Source of the DNA: a virus
Taxonomy: Duplodnaviria; Caudoviricetes
Length of the DNA stretch: 32,941 nt
Reading direction: 5' to 3' (one strand)
Virus record (IMG/VR): IMGVR_UViG_3300012953_000104
Location: 1-32,941 of that record
Shown: positions 1 through 9,100 of the stretch, in pieces
How the letters are laid out: the number at the start of each line of letters is the position of its first letter
Position numbering within the stretch: position 1 is the first letter of the stretch
The notes under the pieces: model-generated
The model's database searches: none
Told to the model about the DNA's origin: nothing
What the model saw: only the letters and a program-made list of their open reading frames with translations
Position numbers and translations under genes: made by a program

Positions 1-36
1 CGAACGCCTTAGTTTTATATTCGTCTGTCTTGCCAA
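1..36 (-). CDS. 5' end of a probable fibre/structural protein (truncated by window edge)
   Basis: TTG start at 36-34 with AGGAG (47-43) 6 nt upstream. Reads MARQTNIKLRRS, an IKLRRS-type N-terminus like that of the neighbouring fibre gene. Late promoter at 116-123 upstream. Not in ORF track. Confidence 0.65.
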   Translation of the reverse strand, partial: MARQTNIKLRRS

Positions 37-84
37 TTTTGGCTCCTAATGTTCAATCCTTATATAAGGAATTTAATAAAAATG

Positions 85-113
85 TTTACAAACACATATT
101 AATGTGTTATAAT
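85..113 (+). promoter_or_regulatory. sigma70/T4-early-type promoter pointing antisense into the 513-aa gene
   Basis: TTTACA (85-90), 17-nt spacer, TATAAT (108-113), A-rich upstream tract. Same architecture as the three early promoters at 28823, 31434 and 32259. Confidence 0.55.
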
Positions 114-115
114 AC

Positions 116-123
116 TATTTATA
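116..123 (-). promoter_or_regulatory. T4-type late promoter TATAAATA
   Basis: Exact TATAAATA on the minus strand, intergenic, 80 nt upstream of the TTG start at 36. Confidence 0.75.
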
Positions 124-124
124 C

Positions 125-1666
125 TTAGTATGTTCCACCATCTATAATAACAGAAGCAATAGGTACACCAGAACTGTTATATTGTAATATTGCTCCGGTA
201 TCAGAACTTGTAACAAAATCAATTGCTGTACCACCAGAGTTAGATGTAAATACACCTTTACCAGTGAATGAACTTAATCCAGTACCACCATGTGCTACTG
301 CTAAATCTGTTGTAAGTGTTAAACTAGCTGCTGATGCTGCACCTGTTACGGTTAATATATCATCAACGGTTGTTGTACCACCAGCTGAATCAATTGTTAA
401 ATTACCAGAAGTTGTATCAATTTCGTTATCGCCTGTAATACCAACTTGGACATTACCTGCGTAAACTCCACCAAATTGTGCATCATGCCATGGTGAGGAA
501 GCATTATCTCCACCTGATAGATCTTCATCGTTAGTAAATGAGAATCTTTGAGTTTGTATATCAAATCCAAAGAAACCTGTTTTAACTGCTGAACCGTTAT
601 GCCATTTGAAACTAACACCACGATCAAGACCATCTGCTGAAGATGTATCTTTTGCTAATTCAATAACTGGATCTGTTAAAGTTGTTGTAGTAGAATTAAC
701 TGATGTTGTAGTACCTTGTACTGTTAAATCTCCACCAACTGTTAAGTTACCACCAGTTTGAACTGTATCTGAAGTAGCATTACCTAATGTTACGTTCCCG
801 TTAACAACTAAGTTATCTGTAACTGTTAAATCTGATCCAATAGTAACATCATCTGGTAAACCAACTGTAACTGTTACGTCTGTACCTGATTTAGCTACCG
901 CTGTTGTAACTTCTTGAGCTGTACCAATGATTCTTAAATCATCTGTTAATAAAGCTACGTCGCCTGTACCTGAATCACCATCTACTGTTAATGCTGTAGC
1001 AACTGTGACTGTACTAGCAGCTGTTAAACGTCCTTGAGCATCTACTGTAAATGTTGGTATGTTTGTTTGTGAACCGTAAGATCCTGCTGTAACCGCTGTA
1101 TTGTCTAGATCAATTTCGATCTGATTGCCAGTAGCAGTTGTTGTGATACCAGTATCACCTGAAAGTGTTAATACTTCGTCATCTAAGTCAATCGCAATTG
1201 TACCTGAATCAGTAGCAATATCTAAGTCTTGTGCATCTACAACTGTATCAACATAAGCCTTAATTGACTGTTGAGTAGCAAGTGCTGTAGCACTGTTTGA
1301 AACTAAGTTATCTTCATCTAAGATGCTTGTAATACCAACTGCAGATCCTAAAGAACCTGTAGCTGCAACCTTAAATGTTGCTGTATTTAAAGCACTAACA
1401 TGAGAGTTAGCATCTGTAATAAGTGCGCTCGATGCTGTTGTTACACCATGTACATGGTCCAACATATCTGTAAAGTATTTACCACCAATTACTTCTACAT
1501 TTGGAGCATATGGGTTTTCAGTACCAGTACCAATGTATAACCTGTCTCCATTATTTGCTTGTGTTCCACCGACGTATGAGTACGCCATTTCACCGGTATA
1601 GATATTACTTGGTGCCGAAGTGGTGGACGACGTATTTAATATCTTTATTCTTGTTAAAGCTGCCAT
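125..1666 (-). CDS. tail fibre-like virion structural protein (513 aa)
   Basis: Thr/Gly/Asp-rich beta-repeat composition. N-terminal AP..I..GEMAY...RLYIG segment, [20 protein letters not shown] and [13 protein letters not shown] fibre modules, C-terminal IDGGTY. Lies in the tail operon. Confidence 0.75.
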   Translation of the reverse strand: MAALTRIKILNTSSTTSAPSNIYTGEMAYSYVGGTQANNGDRLYIGTGTENPYAPNVEVIGGKYFTDMLDHVHGVTTASSALITDANSHVSALNTATFKVAATGSLGSAVGITSILDEDNLVSNSATALATQQSIKAYVDTVVDAQDLDIATDSGTIAIDLDDEVLTLSGDTGITTTATGNQIEIDLDNTAVTAGSYGSQTNIPTFTVDAQGRLTAASTVTVATALTVDGDSGTGDVALLTDDLRIIGTAQEVTTAVAKSGTDVTVTVGLPDDVTIGSDLTVTDNLVVNGNVTLGNATSDTVQTGGNLTVGGDLTVQGTTTSVNSTTTTLTDPVIELAKDTSSADGLDRGVSFKWHNGSAVKTGFFGFDIQTQRFSFTNDEDLSGGDNASSPWHDAQFGGVYAGNVQVGITGDNEIDTTSGNLTIDSAGGTTTVDDILTVTGAASAASLTLTTDLAVAHGGTGLSSFTGKGVFTSNSGGTAIDFVTSSDTGAILQYNSSGVPIASVIIDGGTY

Positions 1667-1667
1667 A

Positions 1668-1883
1668 TTAGTATGTTCCTGAATTAATTATTAGATTACT
1701 TCCATCTAAATTATTTGTCATTTTAAATTTGCTAGTTCCAGAATTGTACTGAATCATAGCTCCATCCGCTAATCCTGATGTATCCACATCTGTCAAATCA
1801 GCTAAAGATACGTTACCAATTTTTAAAGTTTGTGCAACTATCTTATTTGGGTTTGATCGAATTTTCGCCTTGATGTTAGCCAT
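1668..1883 (-). CDS. small fibre-associated protein (71 aa)
   Basis: LADLTDVD...DGAMIQYN...KF motif typical of marine phage fibre proteins. C-terminal INSGTY. Tightly packed with neighbours. Confidence 0.65.
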   Translation of the reverse strand: MANIKAKIRSNPNKIVAQTLKIGNVSLADLTDVDTSGLADGAMIQYNSGTSKFKMTNNLDGSNLIINSGTY

Positions 1884-2218
1884 TATGTTTGCGTAACTCC
1901 TGGTGTAATTTCTACTTGCCCTTCTAAAACTCTTGTTTTAGCTCCTCCGGAGGCTGTTATCTCTACATCGTAGACAAAACGTCCTGCCTTCATCGCATTT
2001 GATTGCGCCGCTGTTAATGCAATACTGACTATGCCAGCTGCTGCATTTGAAACAGCACATGTGAAATCAACGGCAGTACTAGATGTATATGTTTTTCTAA
2101 TTTGACCTTTAACTGTGTAGCCTGTTAAATTAACAACATCTCCATCTGCGTCTGTCACATCGATATTGGAACTAAAATCTGTTCCTTGATCGATTGTTAT
2201 ATTCGAATAAACTGCCAT
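1883..2218 (-). CDS. small beta-sandwich virion protein (BppU N-terminal-like adaptor)
   Basis: IDQGTDF...NLTGYT..GQIRK...G.VSIALTA.Q...KAGRFVYDVEI...RVLEG.V.ITPGVT pattern, common beside fibre genes in T4-like marine phages. Confidence 0.65.
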   Translation of the reverse strand: MAVYSNITIDQGTDFSSNIDVTDADGDVVNLTGYTVKGQIRKTYTSSTAVDFTCAVSNAAAGIVSIALTAAQSNAMKAGRFVYDVEITASGGAKTRVLEGQVEITPGVTQT

Positions 2219-2226
2219 TTATTTTC

Positions 2227-5200
2227 CTATGTACCTTTATTTATGCTTTTGAGTTCTTTGATCTCAGCATTTAATTCTTTTATTGCTTCTATTAATAACG
2301 GTACTAATCTTTCATATTGTACTGTTTTATATTTCTCTGGATCTACTGGTGCTGGTTTAACTACCTCTGGCATTACCTTAGCTATTTCCTGAGCTGATAC
2401 ACCAACTTGCATTTCTTCTTTATCTGCATCTAGTAGTTCTACTGCTGTATCATTGTAAGTAAAATAGAATCCATTTATTTGTTCTACTTTTTCTAATGCA
2501 TTATCAATATTAGCTTTTCTGTCTTTTAATTGAGAATCAGAAACGGCTGATGTAATATCACCTGTAGCTGTAATTGCTCCCGTAACTGCAAACGTTCCAG
2601 AATAAGATCCACTTAAGCTTAGCGCAGGAGTTGTTGTTCCGCTTGATACACTTATACCATTTGATCCACTTACACTTGTAACTGTACCAGTATTAGCTGT
2701 TGCACCTGCAGTTATACCATTTAGTTTATTAAACAATGCAGTTGTAAAGTTTTTCTGTGTTAATCCACCATCTCCAACACTATATGTTGTATTTGGTGGT
2801 GTAGCAAATGTTCCATCTCTTCTTAGGAATGTTCCATTATTAGAACTAAACCCAGATAGAGAAGTAATAGTGAAGTCACTACTTGAATATGTTGTATTGT
2901 CAGAATGAATAGTAATCTGATTATCAGCATTTCTTGTAACGGTTGTAGCACCGCTTTGTAATATTCTAAATACTTCACCGTTTGTAATTGTTGATTGTGA
3001 GTTATTATGATCTCCAACTATGAAAGAATAATTATTCGCATTGGCTGATATTCCAATAAGTTTGTCTCTTCGAGCAGTTGTAAAGTTAACCTGTGTTAAT
3101 CCACCATCTCCTACAGAGTATTGTGTATCTACAGAAGCAATTGAAATTTTGTTATTTGAAACTGTAGTTGTTACGTTAGTTCCACCTTCTATATCAAGGG
3201 TTTCTCCTGAAGATATAGCATTTGCTGCTCCACTATCACCTGTGATATTAAATGAACCATAATTATCTGCGTTTGTTGCGCCTGAATATCCTAATGAAGC
3301 TAAAGTAATTGCTGAGCTATTACTTGCAGAAGTAATTCTACCTTGAGCATCTACTGTAAAGGTTGGAACTGTATGTTGTGCTCCATAACTACCTGCAGTT
3401 ACTGCAGTATTTGCCAGAGTAAATGTAAGTGTATCTGTTCCAGCATTTGTAGTTGCAGTTATACCAGTTCCACCTACAATATTTAATACTCCATCATTAC
3501 TATCAGCAATAATAGTTGATTGACCTGAAACTGCTACATTTCTAAATATAAATTGGTTTGAACCTCTATCAGTATTATTAACTGTAATATCAATATCATT
3601 TCCTGATAAAGCAGCTGATGTTGATGTACCTGCACCTGCATTAAAGTGTAAACGTCTACCACCTGATAATGCTAAACTAGCGCTTCCTTCTGCTGCTACG
3701 TCTGGTGTTCCTAATGTAGCTTCTGATAAAATTAATGAACCATCTGCTTCCCATCTATCTGTTGCAAAGTTATATACAATAGAGTGTGAACCAGTTACGT
3801 TTGATGCATTGTTCGAGTGCGTGCCTACGCCCGTGAAGCTTCTTGTTTCTAAACCAAAACCACCTGTTGATGGTTCAGTATTTGAAGCTCCCATTAAGAC
3901 TAATGTATCATCTATTTCTAATGTAGATGTATTAATAGTTGTTTGTGTTCCGTTAACATCTAAGTTACCAGTAATTGTTAAGTTACCACCAACTGTTACG
4001 TTATTTGGTAATCCAACTGTAACTGTTCCTGCATTTTCTACTATATCTACTTCGCCAGATGTTCCAGCAAATGTTAATGTTCCACCTAATGCGACTGGAC
4101 TTGTATTTGAACCATCGCTAACTGTAATAGTTGAATTACTTAATTTACTATTTGGAATACTACCTGCTAATTTAGAAGCTGCGATTGAACCTGCTAACAT
4201 ACTATTCTCAACTGACCCTGCGGCTATAGTTGATGTTAGTGTATAAGTTGTTGTTTGTAAATCTGAAAGCGTAACTGAACCGGTTAAATCACCAGCTAGT
4301 TGGATTGTTGGGTCAGCATCTAAATTAATATCAAAGTTTTGATTTGTTGCATCCCAATTAACTGCTACGCCTGTTTCTGTATTATTTGCAAATAATTCTT
4401 TAGCGTTATAGAATGTAACTATATCTGCAGTGTTTGAAGCATTAGAATCATCTAATCCCTGTAACTGCCATGCTCTTGCTTCTTTATTCCCAGTGACTTG
4501 GGTTTCATTAAATTGTATTCTTACATCTTTACCTGAACCAACTCTTCGTCCTTCTAGTCCAAATTGGTTAACAGCAGCTGTGCTATCATTTGCTGTTAAT
4601 GTTAAGAATGCTGTATCAAATGTTAATTCACCACCACCGGATCCAGTTAATAAAGAACCTTGTCTTATATCTAATGTAGATCCTGATGGGAATGTGAATG
4701 TTTTAGCATTACTAAATGAAATATCACCATTAATTGTTTGTGATGTACCCTTTGTTAGCATCAACCTAGCATCTACGTCAGTATGTAATTCTGCGATTGC
4801 AGTACTTACTGTTGATGCTGTAGTTCCAAATGCGCCTGCTGTAATTGTACCAAGCTTAGTATTGATTGTAGCAATATCTGTATCATTAGAAACTATTTCT
4901 GTGTGTAGTTCATTAACTGCACCTCTTAATGAAGTTGCTGATGTATCTAGGGAAGCTGTACCAATCTCTGTTTTTAAAGAGTTAGTTGCTGTAACTAAAT
5001 CTGATCTATCAGATATACCTGATGCCAATGAAGCAATTGTTCCAACATCATCTTGTACTTCGTTAATAGCATCAACTAAGTTTGTAGATATAATTTGTAC
5101 TGCATCATTTGCAGCTAATGGAGTATTAAACTCAATCATTTTTCCAAATGTTTGGTCTTCATTTGTTATAGCACCGTGATTAGCGCCTGGTATAGTATCT

Positions 5201-5925
5201 GAACCACCATCAACTTTAATTACAGTAGAAGCATTAAATGTTCCTGATACTGTTTTTGTTCTTAATAATGTAGCTGAACAATCTAATATTGTTCCTTGCC
5301 AAGTGGCACTAGCTAAATTGGTTCCTTGATAAGCAACTGCACCTTCTTCAAAGTCTGATACGTCTGGGCCTCCAGTAATTGTAATAGAACCTGCATGATT
5401 TGGTACGTGGAATCCAGTCGTTGATGTAGTATCCTGTGTGTATACTGTAGAACCTACTTTAACTATTAACTCTGCTTTCTTATATGATTCTGCAACCAAA
5501 CTTCTAATAGCTGAACCTGCAATTGTATTTGAACCAGCTGTTAATGTAGAACTAGAACTAAATGTTCCACTGGAGTTTTTTACAAGAATTTTAGTGGTAG
5601 AAGCACTTACGATAGTAGCAGAGTATCCTCCACTTTGTGTGACCGAAGCACCTGCTGCAAAACCTGCACCGACTGTAGGACTTCCAGTTAATAGAATATA
5701 ACCTCCAGTATTATCGATTGTTTCTTCTTTCTTATATTCGAATCTTGTATTAGTAGGAGAAACTAAATAATCACCAGCTGAAGCTGTATGGGTAAATATC
5801 TTATCAGCTAAATCTGTTGCAAGTAAAGATTTATCTCCTAATCCGAGAGAGATTTCATTTGACTTTTGTCTAAGTTCCTCTATGGAATTTGATTTTAATA
5901 TTCTGGTTTCTTTATTTTCCGCCAT
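2227..5925 (-). CDS. long fibre protein with fibritin-like coiled segment and C-terminal intramolecular chaperone (peptidase S74-like) domain
   Basis: C-terminus GDITSAVSDSQLK...IDNALEKVEQING..F.YN...QVGVSAQEI.KVMPEVV...YKTVQYERLVPLLIEAIKEL is the classic chaperone signature. Helical NLVDAINE/SLRGAVNE/TVSTAIAE repeats and beta-fibre modules. Confidence 0.85.
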   Translation of the reverse strand: MAENKETRILKSNSIEELRQKSNEISLGLGDKSLLATDLADKIFTHTASAGDYLVSPTNTRFEYKKEETIDNTGGYILLTGSPTVGAGFAAGASVTQSGGYSATIVSASTTKILVKNSSGTFSSSSTLTAGSNTIAGSAIRSLVAESYKKAELIVKVGSTVYTQDTTSTTGFHVPNHAGSITITGGPDVSDFEEGAVAYQGTNLASATWQGTILDCSATLLRTKTVSGTFNASTVIKVDGGSDTIPGANHGAITNEDQTFGKMIEFNTPLAANDAVQIISTNLVDAINEVQDDVGTIASLASGISDRSDLVTATNSLKTEIGTASLDTSATSLRGAVNELHTEIVSNDTDIATINTKLGTITAGAFGTTASTVSTAIAELHTDVDARLMLTKGTSQTINGDISFSNAKTFTFPSGSTLDIRQGSLLTGSGGGELTFDTAFLTLTANDSTAAVNQFGLEGRRVGSGKDVRIQFNETQVTGNKEARAWQLQGLDDSNASNTADIVTFYNAKELFANNTETGVAVNWDATNQNFDINLDADPTIQLAGDLTGSVTLSDLQTTTYTLTSTIAAGSVENSMLAGSIAASKLAGSIPNSKLSNSTITVSDGSNTSPVALGGTLTFAGTSGEVDIVENAGTVTVGLPNNVTVGGNLTITGNLDVNGTQTTINTSTLEIDDTLVLMGASNTEPSTGGFGLETRSFTGVGTHSNNASNVTGSHSIVYNFATDRWEADGSLILSEATLGTPDVAAEGSASLALSGGRRLHFNAGAGTSTSAALSGNDIDITVNNTDRGSNQFIFRNVAVSGQSTIIADSNDGVLNIVGGTGITATTNAGTDTLTFTLANTAVTAGSYGAQHTVPTFTVDAQGRITSASNSSAITLASLGYSGATNADNYGSFNITGDSGAANAISSGETLDIEGGTNVTTTVSNNKISIASVDTQYSVGDGGLTQVNFTTARRDKLIGISANANNYSFIVGDHNNSQSTITNGEVFRILQSGATTVTRNADNQITIHSDNTTYSSSDFTITSLSGFSSNNGTFLRRDGTFATPPNTTYSVGDGGLTQKNFTTALFNKLNGITAGATANTGTVTSVSGSNGISVSSGTTTPALSLSGSYSGTFAVTGAITATGDITSAVSDSQLKDRKANIDNALEKVEQINGFYFTYNDTAVELLDADKEEMQVGVSAQEIAKVMPEVVKPAPVDPEKYKTVQYERLVPLLIEAIKELNAEIKELKSINKGT
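2238..2245 (-). promoter_or_regulatory. late promoter variant CATAAATA
   Basis: One mismatch to TATAAATA, about 20 nt upstream of the start at 2218, embedded in the last codons of the fibre gene. Confidence 0.5.
2738..3111. repeat. intragenic direct repeat, two 38-nt copies (2738-2775 and 3074-3111)
   Basis: 35/38 nt identical. Encodes GDGGLTQ(K/V)NFTTA twice in the distal fibre. Confidence 0.85.
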
Positions 5926-6128
5926 TATTCTTTACCTAAATTTTTAACTAATTTTTTTAGTTCTTCAATATCTTTTTTAATATCTGCTATTTCCTGATCT
6001 TTAGATTGCAGTGCATGCATTTGAGCTCTTCTATTCATAAGAGCATTACTATTAGTATTTATAACCGCTTGAGTGGTGGTATCTTTAACTAAATCTGGAT
6101 TATCTTTAACTTTTTTCTTTCTTGGCAT
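5925..6128 (-). CDS. small conserved hypothetical protein (67 aa) between VrlC-like and fibre genes
   Basis: KVKDNPDLVKD..T.AVINTN and C-terminal coiled coil (EIADIKKDIEELKKLV). Stop overlaps the next start. Expected position in marine T4-like phages. Confidence 0.75.
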   Translation of the reverse strand: MPRKKKVKDNPDLVKDTTTQAVINTNSNALMNRRAQMHALQSKDQEIADIKKDIEELKKLVKNLGKE

Positions 6129-6136
6129 AATTTATC

Positions 6137-9100
6137 CTATGTTGCTGCTATCGCTCTAAAGTCTTTCACTTTTGGAACTGTTGAAGTGTTTGTTGATCTT
6201 AATACAATCTTAAATTGCATAGTACCAAAACTTACGTTGGCTCCTAACGGATCAATATCAAATTGTGCTTCTTTAAATATTAAAGGGTTATCATTGATCG
6301 GTATTGTTGTTGTTGGGTTTGCTATTGTCCAAGCCACTTCTGTGATTGGGGTATCAGCACCAGATGTTATTACTCTGTAATATAAATCTATATTTGAAGA
6401 TGCTGGTCTATTAGCATCTAAGAAGACTGTTATTGTATCTGCATCATCCGCTAAACTAACTGCTTTAGTAATATATCTAGCTATATTGGTACCACCTGAA
6501 GATGCAGTTTCTGCAGTAGAACCATTATTAATTCTGTTCTGAACTGTTACTACTGAAGCTCTGTTCATATCAATTATAGGTGATAAATTAGTTTTAGTTG
6601 TACTCATTGTACATCTTAATGAATAAGATTTGTTTCCACCCATATTACTTGTTTCATTATCTTGGTTACCTATTACTTTAGGAGTTGCAAAGATAACGTT
6701 TCTTCCTGGTAATATTTCGAATTCAGTTTGTGCTTGATATGGAGTTTCTGCACCAGATATAGATTTACCAGAATATGTTGTAGCAAAGAATCTTAATTGC
6801 GTATTTGGTAAAGTTAAGTTCTGAATAATATTATTCATAACATCCATGTGTCTATTTTCTGTAGATGTTACTGCTGTACCACCACCTGAACCTGCTGCGT
6901 TAGCATTACCACCAGCTTCAAAAGTATATGAATCATGGTCTACTATCGTTACGGTTCTTTGTCCATTTAAGTTTGCTGCACTAATATTATTTACTGCCAC
7001 TGCACCTGCAAATGTTACTTTAGAACTATTATTAGCTAAACCGTGGTTTGGATGATTTACTGTTACAGTTGCATCACCACTTGCAGTTGTAAATGGATTA
7101 CCTGGAAGTTTTCTAACTGGTAATACATCATTTACTAATGTTATTGCACCTGATGTACTAAATACTGCAGAGTTTAATTTAAACTTAAGATCTTTAGCTT
7201 GTTCTGGAGTCCATGTAGAAGCATTGGCTGAGGTAAAGAATACACCATTATATGGTTGTTTAGTAATTCTAAACGAAGTATTTGTTACATCAAATTTACC
7301 CATTTCTGCAATCCAAACATTATAATCATCACATTGTGAAGTAAGTACGATGGCATATTCGTGGTCTTGTTCTAAATATACTGGATGATCAAATGCAAAG
7401 TTTGTTGCAGTTGCCGCTGTTGTTGATACATTAACTGAACCTGGTGCTAATACTTTATCTGCTCCTGGTACAATTCTTTGTGTTGGTGAACCATTTTCCA
7501 TTTCTCTGATTGTTAATCTAACTGGAATGTTTTCAGCATTTTTACTCTGGAAGAATATATCACATGAAGTTACGAATGTTCCACCTTCCTCTGTAATTAG
7601 AATTGATTCTGCTATCGGATCAATCCATCTTACTGTTTCTGAAACTTCTGTTTCTACAATTGATCTTCCATCACTTAATTCTTGTGTAGATAATTGTGGG
7701 ACCTTTGTAGAAGTAATAGTTGATTGTTTAGATTCTAGTAATCCTCTTGCCTGATACTGAGCTTCTGCAGAAGTAGTTTCAACAGAGATTGTATTAGTAG
7801 CTGAATCTGTTAATCTAAATTCTCTTGAACCTGTTTTAAATCTTAATGCTGAGTTATTTGGTATAATAAATGAACCAGTTAAGTTACCATTTGCGTCTGT
7901 TGTTAATGTTCCAGAACTTGAATCCGGGTGAGATGTTACCCCTTGGTGATCGACAATATTCGATCTTGTAGCAAATTCAACAAAAGCTTTTTGTTTACAG
8001 AATGCAGTAATATCAGAACCATCGAAGTAAGCAAATACTTTAGTAAGTGGTTTCATTAATTGAGCAGAGAAGAATACCTCTCTCGATCTCATAAATGGAA
8101 TAAAGTTAACTTCTACAACTCTTTCATCACTTTCTCTTTGAACTGTATCGAAACTTAAATCTCTTCTTAATCCAGATCTTGCCTGGTTTGTAGTTGTAGT
8201 TACAGTATCTGTAGTAGTTCTTCTAATCCTTCCATTAATTCTTTCCTGTATTACTGACCTATCTTCTGTTTGACCAGTCCAATTAGTTTCCCACTCATTC
8301 CAAACTGTTCCTAATATACCTGTTTCCTCTGCCATATTTACGAATTGATCGTATTGAGAAGTATCATCAATCAATATAGCTGGGCGCTGATCAACCTCTT
8401 TCCATTCATCTGAATCTGGGGAAAGCTTAACTACGCCATCCCATGAAAATACATTATATGGGTTTACATTTATAAATGAACTTGCGTATGGTTGATTAAT
8501 AATAGTAGTGTTAGAAGCTATAGGTAAATGAGCTAAGGAAGAGCTAACTACAACTGAACCTGAATCAGAAGCTTTTCTAATTAAGTTAACATTTCTTTCG
8601 TCAAACTTAGGTCTTAAATGACCATTACTCTTATCAATAGAAATCATATAATCATTATTGGCTGTATCACCAACACTATGACCAGTAAATGCATCTACTA
8701 AGAATCCATTTTTAAACCTACTTAAGCCAGCTGAATCTACTATATGAGCATCAGATGCGCTTTGTTCTAATAAAGATAAAGAAGTATAATATTCTAAGGT
8801 TTTAATTCTTTTATCAAGCTTACCAATATCTCTCATTGTATAACGTTTGTTATCTAAGAGCTCTGGTTTAATATCTGATAATGAATATACGTATGGTTCT
8901 AAATGTAAATCATATAATCCCATAGCATCATCTGGTGTTGCTGGTGAAGAAGGACTATCTGCAGGTACACCTTTTTCTATTAAGAATTCACCCGATCTAT
9001 TTACATAGAGTTTATCAATTCTAGGCATATAGTAAGTCACATCGTTATTCATTGAATGACCTGGATGTGGTGGATTACTTAATGATGCACCAGCTGTTGT

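Noticed and set aside
3809-5701. Long plus-strand ORFs (145, 249, 87 aa) opposite the fibre gene, and similar ones at 13357, 18100 and 26871
   Set aside because: Antisense shadows of genes with strong codon bias. No RBS and no protein-like motifs.
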